In this document: one piece after another, positions 28,934 through 38,977 of the stretch | Layout: the number at the start of each line of letters is the position of its first letter | Position numbering within the stretch: the stretch's first letter is position 1 | DNA from: Patescibacteria group bacterium | Lineage (GTDB): Bacteria > Patescibacteriota > Patescibacteriia > UBA1558 > UBA10009 | Assembly (NCBI GenBank): GCA_018818425.1 | Contig: JAHISB010000018.1 | Location: 16,390-80,389 of the forward strand | Length of the DNA stretch: 64,000 nucleotides | Direction of reading: 5' to 3' | Translations under genes and position numbers: made by a program | The notes under the pieces: generated by a model | Seen by the model: only the letters and a program-made list of their open reading frames with translations | Database searches by the model: none | Told to the model about the DNA's origin: nothing

Positions 28934-30061
28934 TTATTTCTTTTCCAATTTAATTTTCACGATTTCCGAATGCTTGGAGGTTCTTAAAGTCGGCCCCCAG
29001 ACGCCAAGGCCGCTGGTGGTGTAAATAGCATAATCTCCCTCCTGATGCAGGCCGTAATGATACTTGCCATAAACCAAATAGCTAATAAAATTAAAGGGCG
29101 TCAGCTGTCCTGCGTGAGTATGGCCGGCCAGCTGCAGACTGATGCCGGCCGCGGCCATTGGCTTAGTTTGAACAGGGCTGTGATACAAAAGAATTGACGG
29201 CAGTTGTTGCTTAAAATCAAGCCGGCCCAAGCTTTCGTTTAAATTTTTATTTTCCCCTCTTTCGGGGAAGCTTAAGCCGATTAATTGCAGGCCGTTTAAA
29301 TTTATTATTTCATCTTTTAAAATTCTAATTTTGGTTTTTTCCAAAAGACGGTAAGTTTTCTCCGTCCCAAAGTAAGTTTCGTGGTTGCCGGTAACAAAAT
29401 AAATGCCTGCGGGAGCCTGTAACTGATTAAGCGCCGGCAAAGAAAACTCTGACCCGCTCCCCAAACTATCTAAAAGGTCGCCGGTTATAAAAATAATATC
29501 GGGCTTAAGGCCGTTAACCCGCTCAACTGCCTGTTTTAAAAAATCCTCGCCCAAAACAGCGCCTAAATGCCAATCGGAAATCTGCACCGCCGTTTTGTTC
29601 TGCCAAAATTCAGGTAAATTGCTGATCTTAACGGTTATCTCCTTTAACCGCGGATGATAAGCCGACCAAACGCCATAAGCCGAATAAATTATGGCCAAAG
29701 TTATAGCCGCAAATCCTAAGAGAGATAAATCAAATTTAAAATTAAGTTTATGGCCGATAAAAACCAGCAGCCAAACCAGGGCAAAACCGATCACTAAATA
29801 ATTAAAAACCCCCAGCCACGCGCCGGCCATAAAATAATAAAGCCGGCTGAACAAATTTTCATTGGCCTGGACCAGCAAAGAACTAACAATAAAGCTGACG
29901 GCCAAAACAAACAAAATCACGGCCAGCGCCAGCTTAAACTGCCGGCTGTTTATATTAAAAAAACTGACGGTTGAGCGGTAAATAAAATAATGCCCAACCA
30001 GCAAAATGCCAATAATGACCAGTATAGCCATTATAAAAATCAAATAACTCTGAAGGTTCAT
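28934..30061 (-). CDS. Membrane-anchored metallophosphoesterase
   Basis: SDWH, TGD, GNHE, LYHSP, AGHTHAGQ; start moved to ATG at 30061 (the upstream extension lies in the IS). Confidence 0.9.
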   Translation of the reverse strand: MNLQSYLIFIMAILVIIGILLVGHYFIYRSTVSFFNINSRQFKLALAVILFVLAVSFIVSSLLVQANENLFSRLYYFMAGAWLGVFNYLVIGFALVWLLVFIGHKLNFKFDLSLLGFAAITLAIIYSAYGVWSAYHPRLKEITVKISNLPEFWQNKTAVQISDWHLGAVLGEDFLKQAVERVNGLKPDIIFITGDLLDSLGSGSEFSLPALNQLQAPAGIYFVTGNHETYFGTEKTYRLLEKTKIRILKDEIINLNGLQLIGLSFPERGENKNLNESLGRLDFKQQLPSILLYHSPVQTKPMAAAGISLQLAGHTHAGQLTPFNFISYLVYGKYHYGLHQEGDYAIYTTSGLGVWGPTLRTSKHSEIVKIKLEKK

Positions 30062-30088
30062 AGAAATTATTTTTTTGATAAGTTTATT

Positions 30089-30966
30089 TGTAAGAATACC
30101 TCGCGTTGTTAGCACTTTTTAGGTATAGTGTTAACAATATGACTATACATAAATGGACTAAACTTACCCCCGTCAAAAGACGGGAAATAGCTGATAAATA
30201 CTTTAAACAAGACATCAGAATAGCAACCTTAGCCAGAGATTACCAAACAAGTAGAAATACTATCTACAATGTCATCAATCGGGCAAGGATGAATGATTTC
30301 AGTATTCATAAAAGCATCAATAAGCGTTACAGGTGTTTGGAGTACGGCCTCAAACGATTATCAAAGATTGAAGCCGCATTTGAGAAAAAGCTTAAAAACA
30401 AAGCCCAACGCTACAACAAGAGCTATCCCGGGGAAATGATGCATTCCGACAACACTCAACTGCCCATGCTCAAGGGAGAAACTACTCAAGACAAGCCGGA
30501 AAAGCTCTATGTGGCCATTGATGACTTTTCCAGAGAGCTGTACGCCACCATATTGCCGGATAAAACCCAGTTTTCCTCCGCAACGTTCTTACTGCAAGTG
30601 CTTGAGGAGTGCCCTTACACTATAGAAACATGGTACACTGATAATGGCACTGAATACAAAGGTAATCCCAAAGAACATGTTTTTATGCAACTGTGTCAGA
30701 AGCATGACATTAAACAGTCGTTTACTAGGGTAAAAACTCCAAAGACCAATGGCAAGGCCGAGCGGGTTATTAGGACTCTTTTCCAGATGTGGCATTCAAG
30801 GACCAAGTTTAAAAGTAACGTGCATCGAAAGCAAGAATTGATCAGATTTGTGAATTACTACAATACTGTTAAACCCCATAAAGGTATTGATAATCTTACT
30901 CCTTTTGAAAAATTAACTAACTATTTTTATCCTAAAGAACTGTGAACAACGCTGTTACTTCTTACA
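30089..30966 (+). mobile_element. IS481-family insertion sequence
   Basis: TGT...ACA ends with imperfect TIRs (TGTAAGAA...GCGTTGTT / AACAACGC...TTCTTACA); TTTAT flanks on both sides. Confidence 0.85.
30139..30945 (+). CDS. IS481-family DDE transposase
   Basis: H...KLTP..R HTH, YPGEMMHSD, AIDDFSR, TDNGTEY, PKTNGKAERVIRT, YYN..KPH.GI. Confidence 0.92.
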   Translation: MTIHKWTKLTPVKRREIADKYFKQDIRIATLARDYQTSRNTIYNVINRARMNDFSIHKSINKRYRCLEYGLKRLSKIEAAFEKKLKNKAQRYNKSYPGEMMHSDNTQLPMLKGETTQDKPEKLYVAIDDFSRELYATILPDKTQFSSATFLLQVLEECPYTIETWYTDNGTEYKGNPKEHVFMQLCQKHDIKQSFTRVKTPKTNGKAERVIRTLFQMWHSRTKFKSNVHRKQELIRFVNYYNTVKPHKGIDNLTPFEKLTNYFYPKEL

Positions 30967-30978
30967 ATTTATTGTACC

Positions 30979-31863
30979 CTAGCGGGAATGGGTAATGCCA
31001 ATTTTCCAAACATTTCTTTCTAAAAAGGCTTCGATTGTTTGCCGGCCGGCTTTATTTATTAGGTTTGAGTGTGAAAATTTATTATTTTTTGCGTAATCAA
31101 CAAGGGTCATAATTTCTTTATCTTCTAAATACGCCAATCGTTTATGATAGCTGTTAGTAAGCGCTCTTCCGACTATTTCTTCCATAATTAAAGTTCTGCC
31201 TTTTTTATCAAATTCTTTAAACGCTTCATAATATTTCTGCCTATCAATAAATTTTATATTTATAGGAACAAACCCTTCCCGTATTAATAAATAATTATTA
31301 ATAACGCGCCCAATGCGGCCGTTGCCGTCAACAAATGGATGAATATGTTCAAAAGTAAGATGTAATTTTGCTATACGATTGATAATATTTTCATGGCTAG
31401 CGGCATTATACTCGGTCAGCATTTTTTCTAAACGATACGCCACTTCTTTTGAATTGGGGGCAATGTAATTTCCGACTCTAACATATTCACCATTTTTTCT
31501 GAACCTGCCGGCAATATCATCACGAATATTTGAAATTAACATTTTGTGCAGTAATAAAATAACCTCAAGAGTGAGTTCTTGTTCCTTAGCTTTTTTACCT
31601 ATATATAACACAACTCGCGCCAAATTTTTTGCTTCAAAAAATTCTCGTTCAATAATAAATCTATCTAAGTCAATTTGTAAAAGTATTTTTTCGGTTTCTT
31701 CAAGAGTAAGAGTACTATTTTCTATAGCATTAGAGTTATATACTTGTTCGGCAACTTCGGCTTCCAAGATAAGCTTAATTAGCGCGTCCTTGCCTGTAGA
31801 CGCCTTATAGTATCTTTCCCGAAGAGAATCTATTTTATTGTAAACATTAAGTATTTTTACCAT
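30979..31863 (-). CDS. Fic family protein
   Basis: NSNAIENST and HPFVDGNGRIGR; TTGACA-17-TATAAT promoter at 31900-31872. Confidence 0.93.
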   Translation of the reverse strand: MVKILNVYNKIDSLRERYYKASTGKDALIKLILEAEVAEQVYNSNAIENSTLTLEETEKILLQIDLDRFIIEREFFEAKNLARVVLYIGKKAKEQELTLEVILLLHKMLISNIRDDIAGRFRKNGEYVRVGNYIAPNSKEVAYRLEKMLTEYNAASHENIINRIAKLHLTFEHIHPFVDGNGRIGRVINNYLLIREGFVPINIKFIDRQKYYEAFKEFDKKGRTLIMEEIVGRALTNSYHKRLAYLEDKEIMTLVDYAKNNKFSHSNLINKAGRQTIEAFLERNVWKIGITHSR

Positions 31864-32056
31864 ATATCATCATTATATTCTTTTTTCACGATTTTGTCAA
31901 CATAACAGTGAAAAATTGTTTAAAAATGTAAATTTTCACTGTTTTGATATGTTTGTAGTATAATAGACTACACAAATAACGTGATGCGCTAATTCCCCAT
32001 TTTCCAAACACTTCCACAAAAAACCGAAAAATGCTAAAATATGATAGCATTAATCT

Positions 32057-34480
32057 ATGGCCAGACGAAGAAAAAAACGGCGACCGTACCGCAGAAGGCA
32101 GATTGAATACGAAGAAACCGGCCTGCTTTCGGCAGAAACCAAAAAGGGCATTGCCATTGTCCTGCTTTTTGTTATGGCCATCATCACCGTCCTTTCGCTG
32201 TTTAATCTGGCTGGCGCCCTGGGCAGTTATATTAAGCCGGCCTTAACTTCGGTGATGGGCTGGGGCATTTACTTTCTGCCGGTTATTTTAATTACGCTGG
32301 CCTATTTTTTATTAAGACCGGAAAAATACGAGGTCAGGCCCAGCAACTATTTAGGCCTGATAATTTTTATCTTCAGCTATCTGGGAATTCTGCAGCTGAT
32401 TAAAGGGTTTGAGCAGACCGCCGATTTAACCGGTACCGGCGGCGGCTATCTGGGCTTTATAGCCACCTATCCCCTGCAAAAATTTATGGGCCCTTTGGCT
32501 GCAGTTTTGGTCATGATCGGCTTATTTTTAATTTCTCTGCTGATTACTTTTAACACCAGTCTTAACAGCTTATTTCAAAAACTAAATTTATTCAGCCGGG
32601 CTAAAGAAAAGCTGGCTGAAGCAGAAGAAGAGTATGACGAAGAGATAGAAGAAGAGCCCGCAGAAGCAGAAGAAGGCGATGACGGCTGGATTAAAGGAAA
32701 AACTGAAGAAGACGAAGAATCCGCGGATGCCGGCGAAGAAGAGCCGGACAAAACAGGTTTATTCACCAGAAAAAAAATCGGCTCCATACCCATCAAAAAA
32801 GGGTCTAAGGCCGTTCTTGAAGATTTAAAAGTTACTTTTGCCAGAGGCATTGGCAAAAAAGTCCAGCTGCCTTTGAGCTTGCTGGACAGCAAAACTTCCA
32901 AGCCCACTAGCGGCGATATTAAAGCCAATATCGAAAAAATCAAAACCACTCTGGAAAACTTTGGCATCGAGGTTAGCATGGGCGAAGTCAATGTCGGCCC
33001 CACCATCACTCAATTCACCCTTAAGCCCATCGACGGGGTTAAGCTTTCCAATATTACCGCCCTGCAAAACGATCTGGCTCTGGCCTTGGCCGCCCACCCC
33101 TTAAGGATCGAGGCGCCGATTCCCGGCAAATCCCTGGTGGGCATCGAAGTGCCCAACCAGAGCATTGCCACCGTTAAGCTTAAAGAAATAATTGACAATC
33201 CAAAATTTAAAAAGAAAGGGGCCGGCTTAACAGCCGCTTTGGGCAAAGATGTCTCAGGCAAAATCTGGACTATCGATCTGGCTAATCTGCCCCACCTGTT
33301 GATTGCCGGCGCTACCGGTTCAGGAAAATCGGTCTGCATTAACAGCGTTATCATCAGTTTGCTGTTCCAGAATTCGCCGGAACAGTTAAGGCTGATTCTG
33401 GTCGACCCTAAAAGAGTGGAATTAACTAATTACAACGGACTGCCTCATCTGCTGGCGCCGGTGATTACCGATGTATCTAAAACCGTCAACGCCCTGCGCT
33501 GGGCCGTTAGAGAAATGGACGAAAGGTTCAAGCTTTTAGAAGCCACGGGCAAACGCAATATTAACGCCTATAATGCCGGCGTAATTACCAGCCGCCTGCC
33601 CTATATTGTCATTATCATCGACGAGCTGGCCGATTTAATGGCCGTGGCCGCCAAAGACATCGAAGGAGCCATTGTCCGCTTGGCCCAAATGGCCCGGGCC
33701 GTAGGCATCCATTTGGTAGTGGCCACTCAAAGGCCTTCTGTTAATATTATTACCGGCTTAATCAAGGCCAACATTACCTCCCGCATCGCTTTTGCCGTGG
33801 CCTCTAGCGTTGATTCCAGAACCATTCTGGATTTTAGCGGGGCCGAAAAACTTTTAGGCAAGGGCGATATGCTTTATATTTCCGCCGAATTAAGCAAGCC
33901 CCGAAGAATTCAGGGCGCTTTAGTCACCGACGAAGAAATTGAGCGGGTAACCGATTATTGGCGCAACCAGGCCGAACCGGAATTTGACGAAGGGGTCACC
34001 GAAAAACAAACCAGAATAAATTTGGCCGGCTCCGGCAGTTTTGACGAAAACGGCGATGAGCTTTTAGAAGAAGCCAAAGAAATAATCTTAAGAGCCGGCA
34101 AAGCTTCGGCCTCGTTTCTGCAACGAAGATTGCGCGTGGGCTATGCCAGAGCCGCCCGCCTGCTCGACCTAATGGAAGAGCAGGGAATTATCGGCCCGGC
34201 TGACGGCGCCAAACCCAGAGAAATCCTGGTCAACGAAAGCGTTCTTCATGGCGAACCAGCCGGCGAGGCCGATGAGTTTGCAGATGATGAAGAAGAAGAT
34301 GATGATGATGATGAATCAGCCGACGATCAGGGGCCGGACGAAGAAACAGAAACAGAGTCAGAGCTTGATGATGAAGAAGAGGAAGAATTAAACGAGGAAA
34401 TTGATGAAGAGGAAGACAATGAAGACGACAAAGAAGAGGGTAAAATAAAAATTCATTATAAAAAAGATAACAACTTCTAA
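32057..34480 (+). CDS. ftsK: DNA translocase FtsK/SpoIIIE
   Basis: 4TM N-terminus, AGATGSGKS, IIDELADLM, ATQRPS, gamma domain LQRRLRVGYARAARL; very acidic linker and tail. Confidence 0.97.
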   Translation: MARRRKKRRPYRRRQIEYEETGLLSAETKKGIAIVLLFVMAIITVLSLFNLAGALGSYIKPALTSVMGWGIYFLPVILITLAYFLLRPEKYEVRPSNYLGLIIFIFSYLGILQLIKGFEQTADLTGTGGGYLGFIATYPLQKFMGPLAAVLVMIGLFLISLLITFNTSLNSLFQKLNLFSRAKEKLAEAEEEYDEEIEEEPAEAEEGDDGWIKGKTEEDEESADAGEEEPDKTGLFTRKKIGSIPIKKGSKAVLEDLKVTFARGIGKKVQLPLSLLDSKTSKPTSGDIKANIEKIKTTLENFGIEVSMGEVNVGPTITQFTLKPIDGVKLSNITALQNDLALALAAHPLRIEAPIPGKSLVGIEVPNQSIATVKLKEIIDNPKFKKKGAGLTAALGKDVSGKIWTIDLANLPHLLIAGATGSGKSVCINSVIISLLFQNSPEQLRLILVDPKRVELTNYNGLPHLLAPVITDVSKTVNALRWAVREMDERFKLLEATGKRNINAYNAGVITSRLPYIVIIIDELADLMAVAAKDIEGAIVRLAQMARAVGIHLVVATQRPSVNIITGLIKANITSRIAFAVASSVDSRTILDFSGAEKLLGKGDMLYISAELSKPRRIQGALVTDEEIERVTDYWRNQAEPEFDEGVTEKQTRINLAGSGSFDENGDELLEEAKEIILRAGKASASFLQRRLRVGYARAARLLDLMEEQGIIGPADGAKPREILVNESVLHGEPAGEADEFADDEEEDDDDDESADDQGPDEETETESELDDEEEEELNEEIDEEEDNEDDKEEGKIKIHYKKDNNF

Positions 34481-34575
34481 AAAACTCCAAATTAAAAGAA
34501 CTAAGGAACCAAACAATAACCAAAATCAAAAATAAAAATTTCTTATTTGAATTTTTTAATTTGTTTGATTCTTTT

Positions 34576-34594
34576 CCCTCGATTAAATCGAGGG
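34576..34594. repeat. CCCTCGATTAAATCGAGGG mini-palindrome within a degenerate repeat tract
   Basis: Same element as at 5248, 7590 and 10546. Confidence 0.8.
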
Positions 34595-34619
34595 TCGGTT
34601 CTTGGTAATTTTTACGACT

Positions 34620-35345
34620 ATGTCCAGCTTTATCCACAAAAAACTTTCTTCAGACAAAAGTGTGGCGGAAATAATTAAAGAAGAGAGGCAGAAAAGAAAT
34701 TTAAGCTTATCGGAGGTTTCTTTAAAAACCCAAATTGCTTTAGATTATTTAAATAAACTGGAGCAGGGCCGTTATCATCAGCTGCCGGGCGATATTTATA
34801 TTAAGCAGTTTGTAAAAAAACTGGCTAAATATTTTAATTTTTCGGAAAAAAATCTTTTGGCCATTTATCAGAAAGAGAAGATCAACCAGTTAAACATTTT
34901 CCAGTCAACTCCCCTAAAGTTATCTAAAAGGCCTCAAAAAAATCTGTTATCGTTTTTAACCCCTCGGTTAATCAGACTTTCCCTGGTCAGCTTAATTATT
35001 TTAGGCCTCTTTGGTTATCTGGCTCTGGAGATTACCAATATCTTTACCCCGCCCTTGCTGGAAATTGAATCGCCCGCCGCGCAGACTATTACGGTCAAGC
35101 CGGCTATTACCATTAAAGGCAAAACCATGCCCGAGGCCCTGATTTTAATCAACCAGCAGGAAATTTTAACCAAGCCCGACGGCAGTTTTTCCCAGGATGT
35201 TAATTTAAATATGGGGCTCAATCTTTTTGAAATTTCGGCCTCCAAAAAGCATAGCAAAGAAAATATTATCACTATTTCCATTCTCCGCCAGCCGGCCACC
35301 ACCTCCGACTTAAATATGTTTGACAGATCTGTTTCTTTTCAATAA
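34620..35345 (+). CDS. RodZ-like HTH protein with TM helix and Ig-like C-terminal domain
   Basis: R....LSL.EVS..T.I...YL..LE.G.Y..LPG..Y; located between ftsK and recA. Confidence 0.8.
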   Translation: MSSFIHKKLSSDKSVAEIIKEERQKRNLSLSEVSLKTQIALDYLNKLEQGRYHQLPGDIYIKQFVKKLAKYFNFSEKNLLAIYQKEKINQLNIFQSTPLKLSKRPQKNLLSFLTPRLIRLSLVSLIILGLFGYLALEITNIFTPPLLEIESPAAQTITVKPAITIKGKTMPEALILINQQEILTKPDGSFSQDVNLNMGLNLFEISASKKHSKENIITISILRQPATTSDLNMFDRSVSFQ

Positions 35346-35512
35346 GATAGATAAGCGCTGAAAGGTTGAATAATCATTCATCATCCTATATCCGCGCTTA
35401 TCAGCGCACCTCTCCTGCCATGCTCCGCATAGCGGGGCTGGCAGCGCACCTCGGCGAATATCAGTGATTTTTTATTTTTGAATTTGTTATTTATTTGGAA
35501 TTTGCCGACAGG

Positions 35513-35559
35513 CCTCGAACGCAGTCCTCGAGCGAAGTCGAGAGGGCGAAGTCGAGAGG
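35513..35559. repeat. Nested CCTCGAGCGAAGTCGAGAGG palindromic elements
   Basis: cctcgaacgcagt[cctcgagcgaagtcgagagg]gcgaagtcgagagg. Confidence 0.75.
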
Positions 35560-35603
35560 AAATTTATTAATTAAGGGTCATTTAACTATTAATGACTATT
35601 TGT

Positions 35604-36650
35604 ATGTCCAAAGTCGCAGAAGAAGATAAAAAAATCGAGTCTGACTCTAAAATCAAGTCCGACTTGAATAAAACCATGGCTACCAACCAGGCCATTGAGC
35701 AAATAAAGCACAGGTTCGGCGAGGGCTCAATTATGAAATTCGGCGAAGCCAGAGCAACGGCTGTTGAAGCGGTGCCTACCGGCTGTTTATCTTTAGATAT
35801 TGCTTTAGGCGTAGGCGGAGTGCCCAGGGGCAGAATTATAGAAATCTACGGCCCCGAAGCTTCCGGCAAAACCACCCTGGCCCAGCATATTGTGGCTGAA
35901 GTTCAAAAAATGGGCGGCACCGCCGCCTTTATTGACGCCGAACATGCGCTGGACCCGGAATACGCCAAAAAAATCGGCGTTAATATTGATGAACTGTTAA
36001 TCTCCCAGCCCGATACCGGCGAACAGGCCCTGGAAATTGTCGAAACCCTGGTCCGCTCCAACGGCGTTGATGTTATTGTGATTGACTCGGTAGCCGCCTT
36101 AGTGCCCAAAGCGGAGATTGAAGGGGAAATGGGCGATTCCCACATGGGGCTGCAAGCCCGGCTGATGAGCCAGGCCCTAAGAAAGCTTTCCGGCATTATC
36201 AGCAAAACCAAAACCGTGGTTATATTTATCAACCAGATCAGAATGAAGATCGGAGTATTTTTCGGCAACCCCGAAACCACCACCGGCGGCATGGCTTTAA
36301 AATTTTATTCTTCGGTAAGAATTGAGGTAAGGCGCGCCGCCCAAATTAAAAAAGGCGACCAGATTATCGGCAACCGCGCCAAAGCCAAGGTGGTTAAAAA
36401 TAAAGTGGCGGCTCCGTTTAAAAATACCGAATTCGATATAATGTATAACGAAGGCATTTCTATTTCCGGCGATGTTTTAGATACCGGAGTTCAGTTCGGC
36501 GTTATTGATAAATCCGGCAACTCCTATACTTACGGCGAAGTTAAGCTGGGCGTTGGCCGCGAAAATGCCAAACAGTACTTAAGAGAAAATCTTAAACTGA
36601 TTGCCGAAATTAAAAAGAAAGTTTGGGAAAAGGTGAAGGCAGAGGAATAA
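35604..36650 (+). CDS. recA: Recombinase RecA
   Basis: [49 protein letters not shown]. Confidence 0.99.
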   Translation: MSKVAEEDKKIESDSKIKSDLNKTMATNQAIEQIKHRFGEGSIMKFGEARATAVEAVPTGCLSLDIALGVGGVPRGRIIEIYGPEASGKTTLAQHIVAEVQKMGGTAAFIDAEHALDPEYAKKIGVNIDELLISQPDTGEQALEIVETLVRSNGVDVIVIDSVAALVPKAEIEGEMGDSHMGLQARLMSQALRKLSGIISKTKTVVIFINQIRMKIGVFFGNPETTTGGMALKFYSSVRIEVRRAAQIKKGDQIIGNRAKAKVVKNKVAAPFKNTEFDIMYNEGISISGDVLDTGVQFGVIDKSGNSYTYGEVKLGVGRENAKQYLRENLKLIAEIKKKVWEKVKAEE

Positions 36651-36736
36651 TGATTAATGACTGATGACCAATGATTTCGGCCAAAGGCCGACCAGCCTTT
36701 GGCTGGGATGACTGATGATTATATATTAAATTGACT

Positions 36737-36782
36737 AGCCGGGGGTTTAGTCGAGCTGAGCTCGATAGCCCTCGGCTTTTTG
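36737..36782 (+). terminator. Intrinsic terminator after recA, with a palindrome in its loop
   Basis: AGCCGGGGG...CCCTCGGCT-TTTT; loop contains TCGAGCTGAGCTCGA. Confidence 0.65.
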
Positions 36783-36819
36783 AATTACTTAACTATAAAT
36801 GCTAAAATAGGGATACTAT

Positions 36820-36905
36820 AACATTAGAACATTAGAGCATAGGAGTAATTATTTATGTTCTAATGTTCTCATGCTCCCATGTTCTAATGTTCTCATGTTC
36901 TTATG
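36820..36905. repeat. Bipartite 8-mer tandem tract in the flippase leader
   Basis: (AACATTAG)x2 AGCATAGG ... CTAATGTT CTCATGCT CCCATGTT CTAATGTT CTCATGTT CTTATG; same family as 11514. Confidence 0.85.
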
Positions 36906-38315
36906 ACTTTGACTAAAACCATCGCTAAAAACACTCTCTGGCAAATAATCGGTAAAATTATCGGCACTATTTTGGGAGTTGTTACCATTGCTCTGCTGAC
37001 CCGTTATTTGGGCAAAGAGGGCTTTGGCCATTACACCACGGCTTTGGCCTTTATGCAGTTCTTTGGCGTGCTGGTTGATATGGGGCTTTATTTAATTTGT
37101 TTAAGGGAGATTTCAGCCCGGCCGGAAAAAGAAAGCTATATTACCAGCAACATTTTTACCTTGCGCTTTTTTTCGGCTCTGATTTTTTTGGGCGGCGGTA
37201 CTCTGCTGATTTTTGTTTTCCCCTACCCGCCGGTGGTTAAGTGGTCGGCTGCCATTGTTTCCGGCTCATTTTTATTTATGTCTTTGGTCCAAACTCTGAC
37301 TACGGTTTTTCAAAAACATCTTAAAATGGGACAGGTGGCGCTGGCCGAAGTAGTTGGACGGACCGGTTTTTTAATTGTGATCTTCCTCTTTATTTTCTAT
37401 AAAGGCAACTTGCCGGCTTTGATGTTGGGCAATGTGGCCAATGCTATTATTTATTTTGTCATTCTGTGGGTCCTAATTAAAAAGTATGTAAATATAAAAT
37501 GGTCATTCGACTTTGTCTATTGGAAAACAGTAATCGCCAAGGCCTGGCCCATTGCCCTGGGCGTGGTTTTCAACCTGGTTTATTTTAGGGCCGATACCAT
37601 TATTCTTTCACTCTATAAACCGGCCGGCGATGTTGGCCTTTACGGCGCGCCTTATAAAATTCTGGAGATAATCACCACTTTCCCCCATATGTTTATGGGC
37701 TTGGTGATGCCCATTTTAACGGCTGCCTGGATCAGCCGAAATATGGAAAAATTCAAAAGCATTATGCAAAAAACTTTTGATTTTTTTATTATTTTGATTA
37801 TGCCGATGGTTCTGGGAACAATTCCTTTGGCTGATAAAATTATGGTTTTAATCTCCGGCAACGAATTTGCTCCGTCAGGAAAAGTTCTGCCGGCTCTGAT
37901 GCTGGCTACCGGCATGATATTTTTAGGCACGCTGTTTACCTACACTTTGGTGATTCTGGAAAAACAAAAAACCATGCTGAAATATTTTGCCCTGGCCGCC
38001 GTGCTGGCCTTAATCGGCTACTTTATTTTTATTCCCAAATATTCCTACTTTGGCGCGGCCTGGGTCACTGTGATTATTGAGGGCTTTATCACTTTGACTG
38101 CCCTGATGCTGGCTTATAAATTTTCTAAAATTAAGCTCACTGGTAAAACTTTTATAAAAAGCTTGATTGCTTCGGTAATTATGACGGGCGCGTTATATCT
38201 GCTTTTAGATTTAAATATTATCCTGTTGCTGATTATTAGCATCTTGATTTATGGAGCGGTGATGATTATAATTAAAGGGGTTGACAAAAAGATAATTAGT
38301 GATATTATAAGGTGA
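36903..38315 (+). CDS. Polysaccharide flippase (Wzx/MOP family)
   Basis: IAKNTLWQ..GK, RYLG.E.FG.Y, D.GL, D.I.LS.......VGLY, ~14 TM segments. Confidence 0.9.
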   Translation: MTLTKTIAKNTLWQIIGKIIGTILGVVTIALLTRYLGKEGFGHYTTALAFMQFFGVLVDMGLYLICLREISARPEKESYITSNIFTLRFFSALIFLGGGTLLIFVFPYPPVVKWSAAIVSGSFLFMSLVQTLTTVFQKHLKMGQVALAEVVGRTGFLIVIFLFIFYKGNLPALMLGNVANAIIYFVILWVLIKKYVNIKWSFDFVYWKTVIAKAWPIALGVVFNLVYFRADTIILSLYKPAGDVGLYGAPYKILEIITTFPHMFMGLVMPILTAAWISRNMEKFKSIMQKTFDFFIILIMPMVLGTIPLADKIMVLISGNEFAPSGKVLPALMLATGMIFLGTLFTYTLVILEKQKTMLKYFALAAVLALIGYFIFIPKYSYFGAAWVTVIIEGFITLTALMLAYKFSKIKLTGKTFIKSLIASVIMTGALYLLLDLNIILLLIISILIYGAVMIIIKGVDKKIISDIIR

Positions 38316-38366
38316 TTATCTTTAGATTAATCAAGGCATAAAATCCAATATAAGGCGGAGGAAATC

Positions 38367-38783
38367 ATGAACCCTTTAAAAAAAATACTGCCGGAAAACG
38401 GACTCTTGCCGTGGTTTCCGGTATATCTCCCGGTGATAAATATTATCGCCTGCGGGATGTATCTCGCTGAGTTGATTGGGGCAGAAATTTGCGCCACGAC
38501 CACGTTATTCCAGGGGGCGCTAATTTTCCTCATCCTCTATTTAATCCCCGCTCGTTTGAAGTGGAAGCCGAAATGCAACGATCGTTGCATTATAATTTTC
38601 CACGTTTTGATAACGCTGGCACCGGCCGCCGTCATTGGCGCTGGATTCCTGGGATTAATTTGGAGGCCAACGCTCCCATTAGTATTAGGGGGGATATTCC
38701 TCAGCCTGGCGTACTTGTTCGTATTTTACCTGCTCCCAAAATGGGAGAGAGAAAATTATCACAAACAGTTAGCACTAAATTAG
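38367..38783 (+). CDS. Hypothetical membrane protein
   Basis: 4 TM segments, GGAGG SD, TTGACA at 38281, terminator downstream. Confidence 0.65.
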   Translation: MNPLKKILPENGLLPWFPVYLPVINIIACGMYLAELIGAEICATTTLFQGALIFLILYLIPARLKWKPKCNDRCIIIFHVLITLAPAAVIGAGFLGLIWRPTLPLVLGGIFLSLAYLFVFYLLPKWERENYHKQLALN

Positions 38784-38807
38784 CACTTGATGCTATACTG
38801 TAATAGA

Positions 38808-38833
38808 CCGCTCCTGGATTTGAGCGGTTTTTT
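38808..38833 (+). terminator. Intrinsic terminator
   Basis: ACCGCTC-ctggattt-GAGCGGT-TTTTT. Confidence 0.7.
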
Positions 38834-38837
38834 ATCT

Positions 38838-38917
38838 CGCCTCTCGCCCTTCGGCTGGCTCAGGGCGCCTTGAATGAAATTGAAAGGCGACTTCGCCTCT
38901 CGACTTCGCTCGAGGCG
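38838..38917. repeat. Cluster of nested small palindromes
   Basis: cccttcggctggctcaggg, cgccttgaatgaaattgaaaggcg, cctctcgacttcgctcgagg. Confidence 0.75.
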
Positions 38918-38977
38918 GATTTATCTTGCCCAACAGGATGAATTGATAAAATTAGTGGGTCAAGGTAAAATACAACT

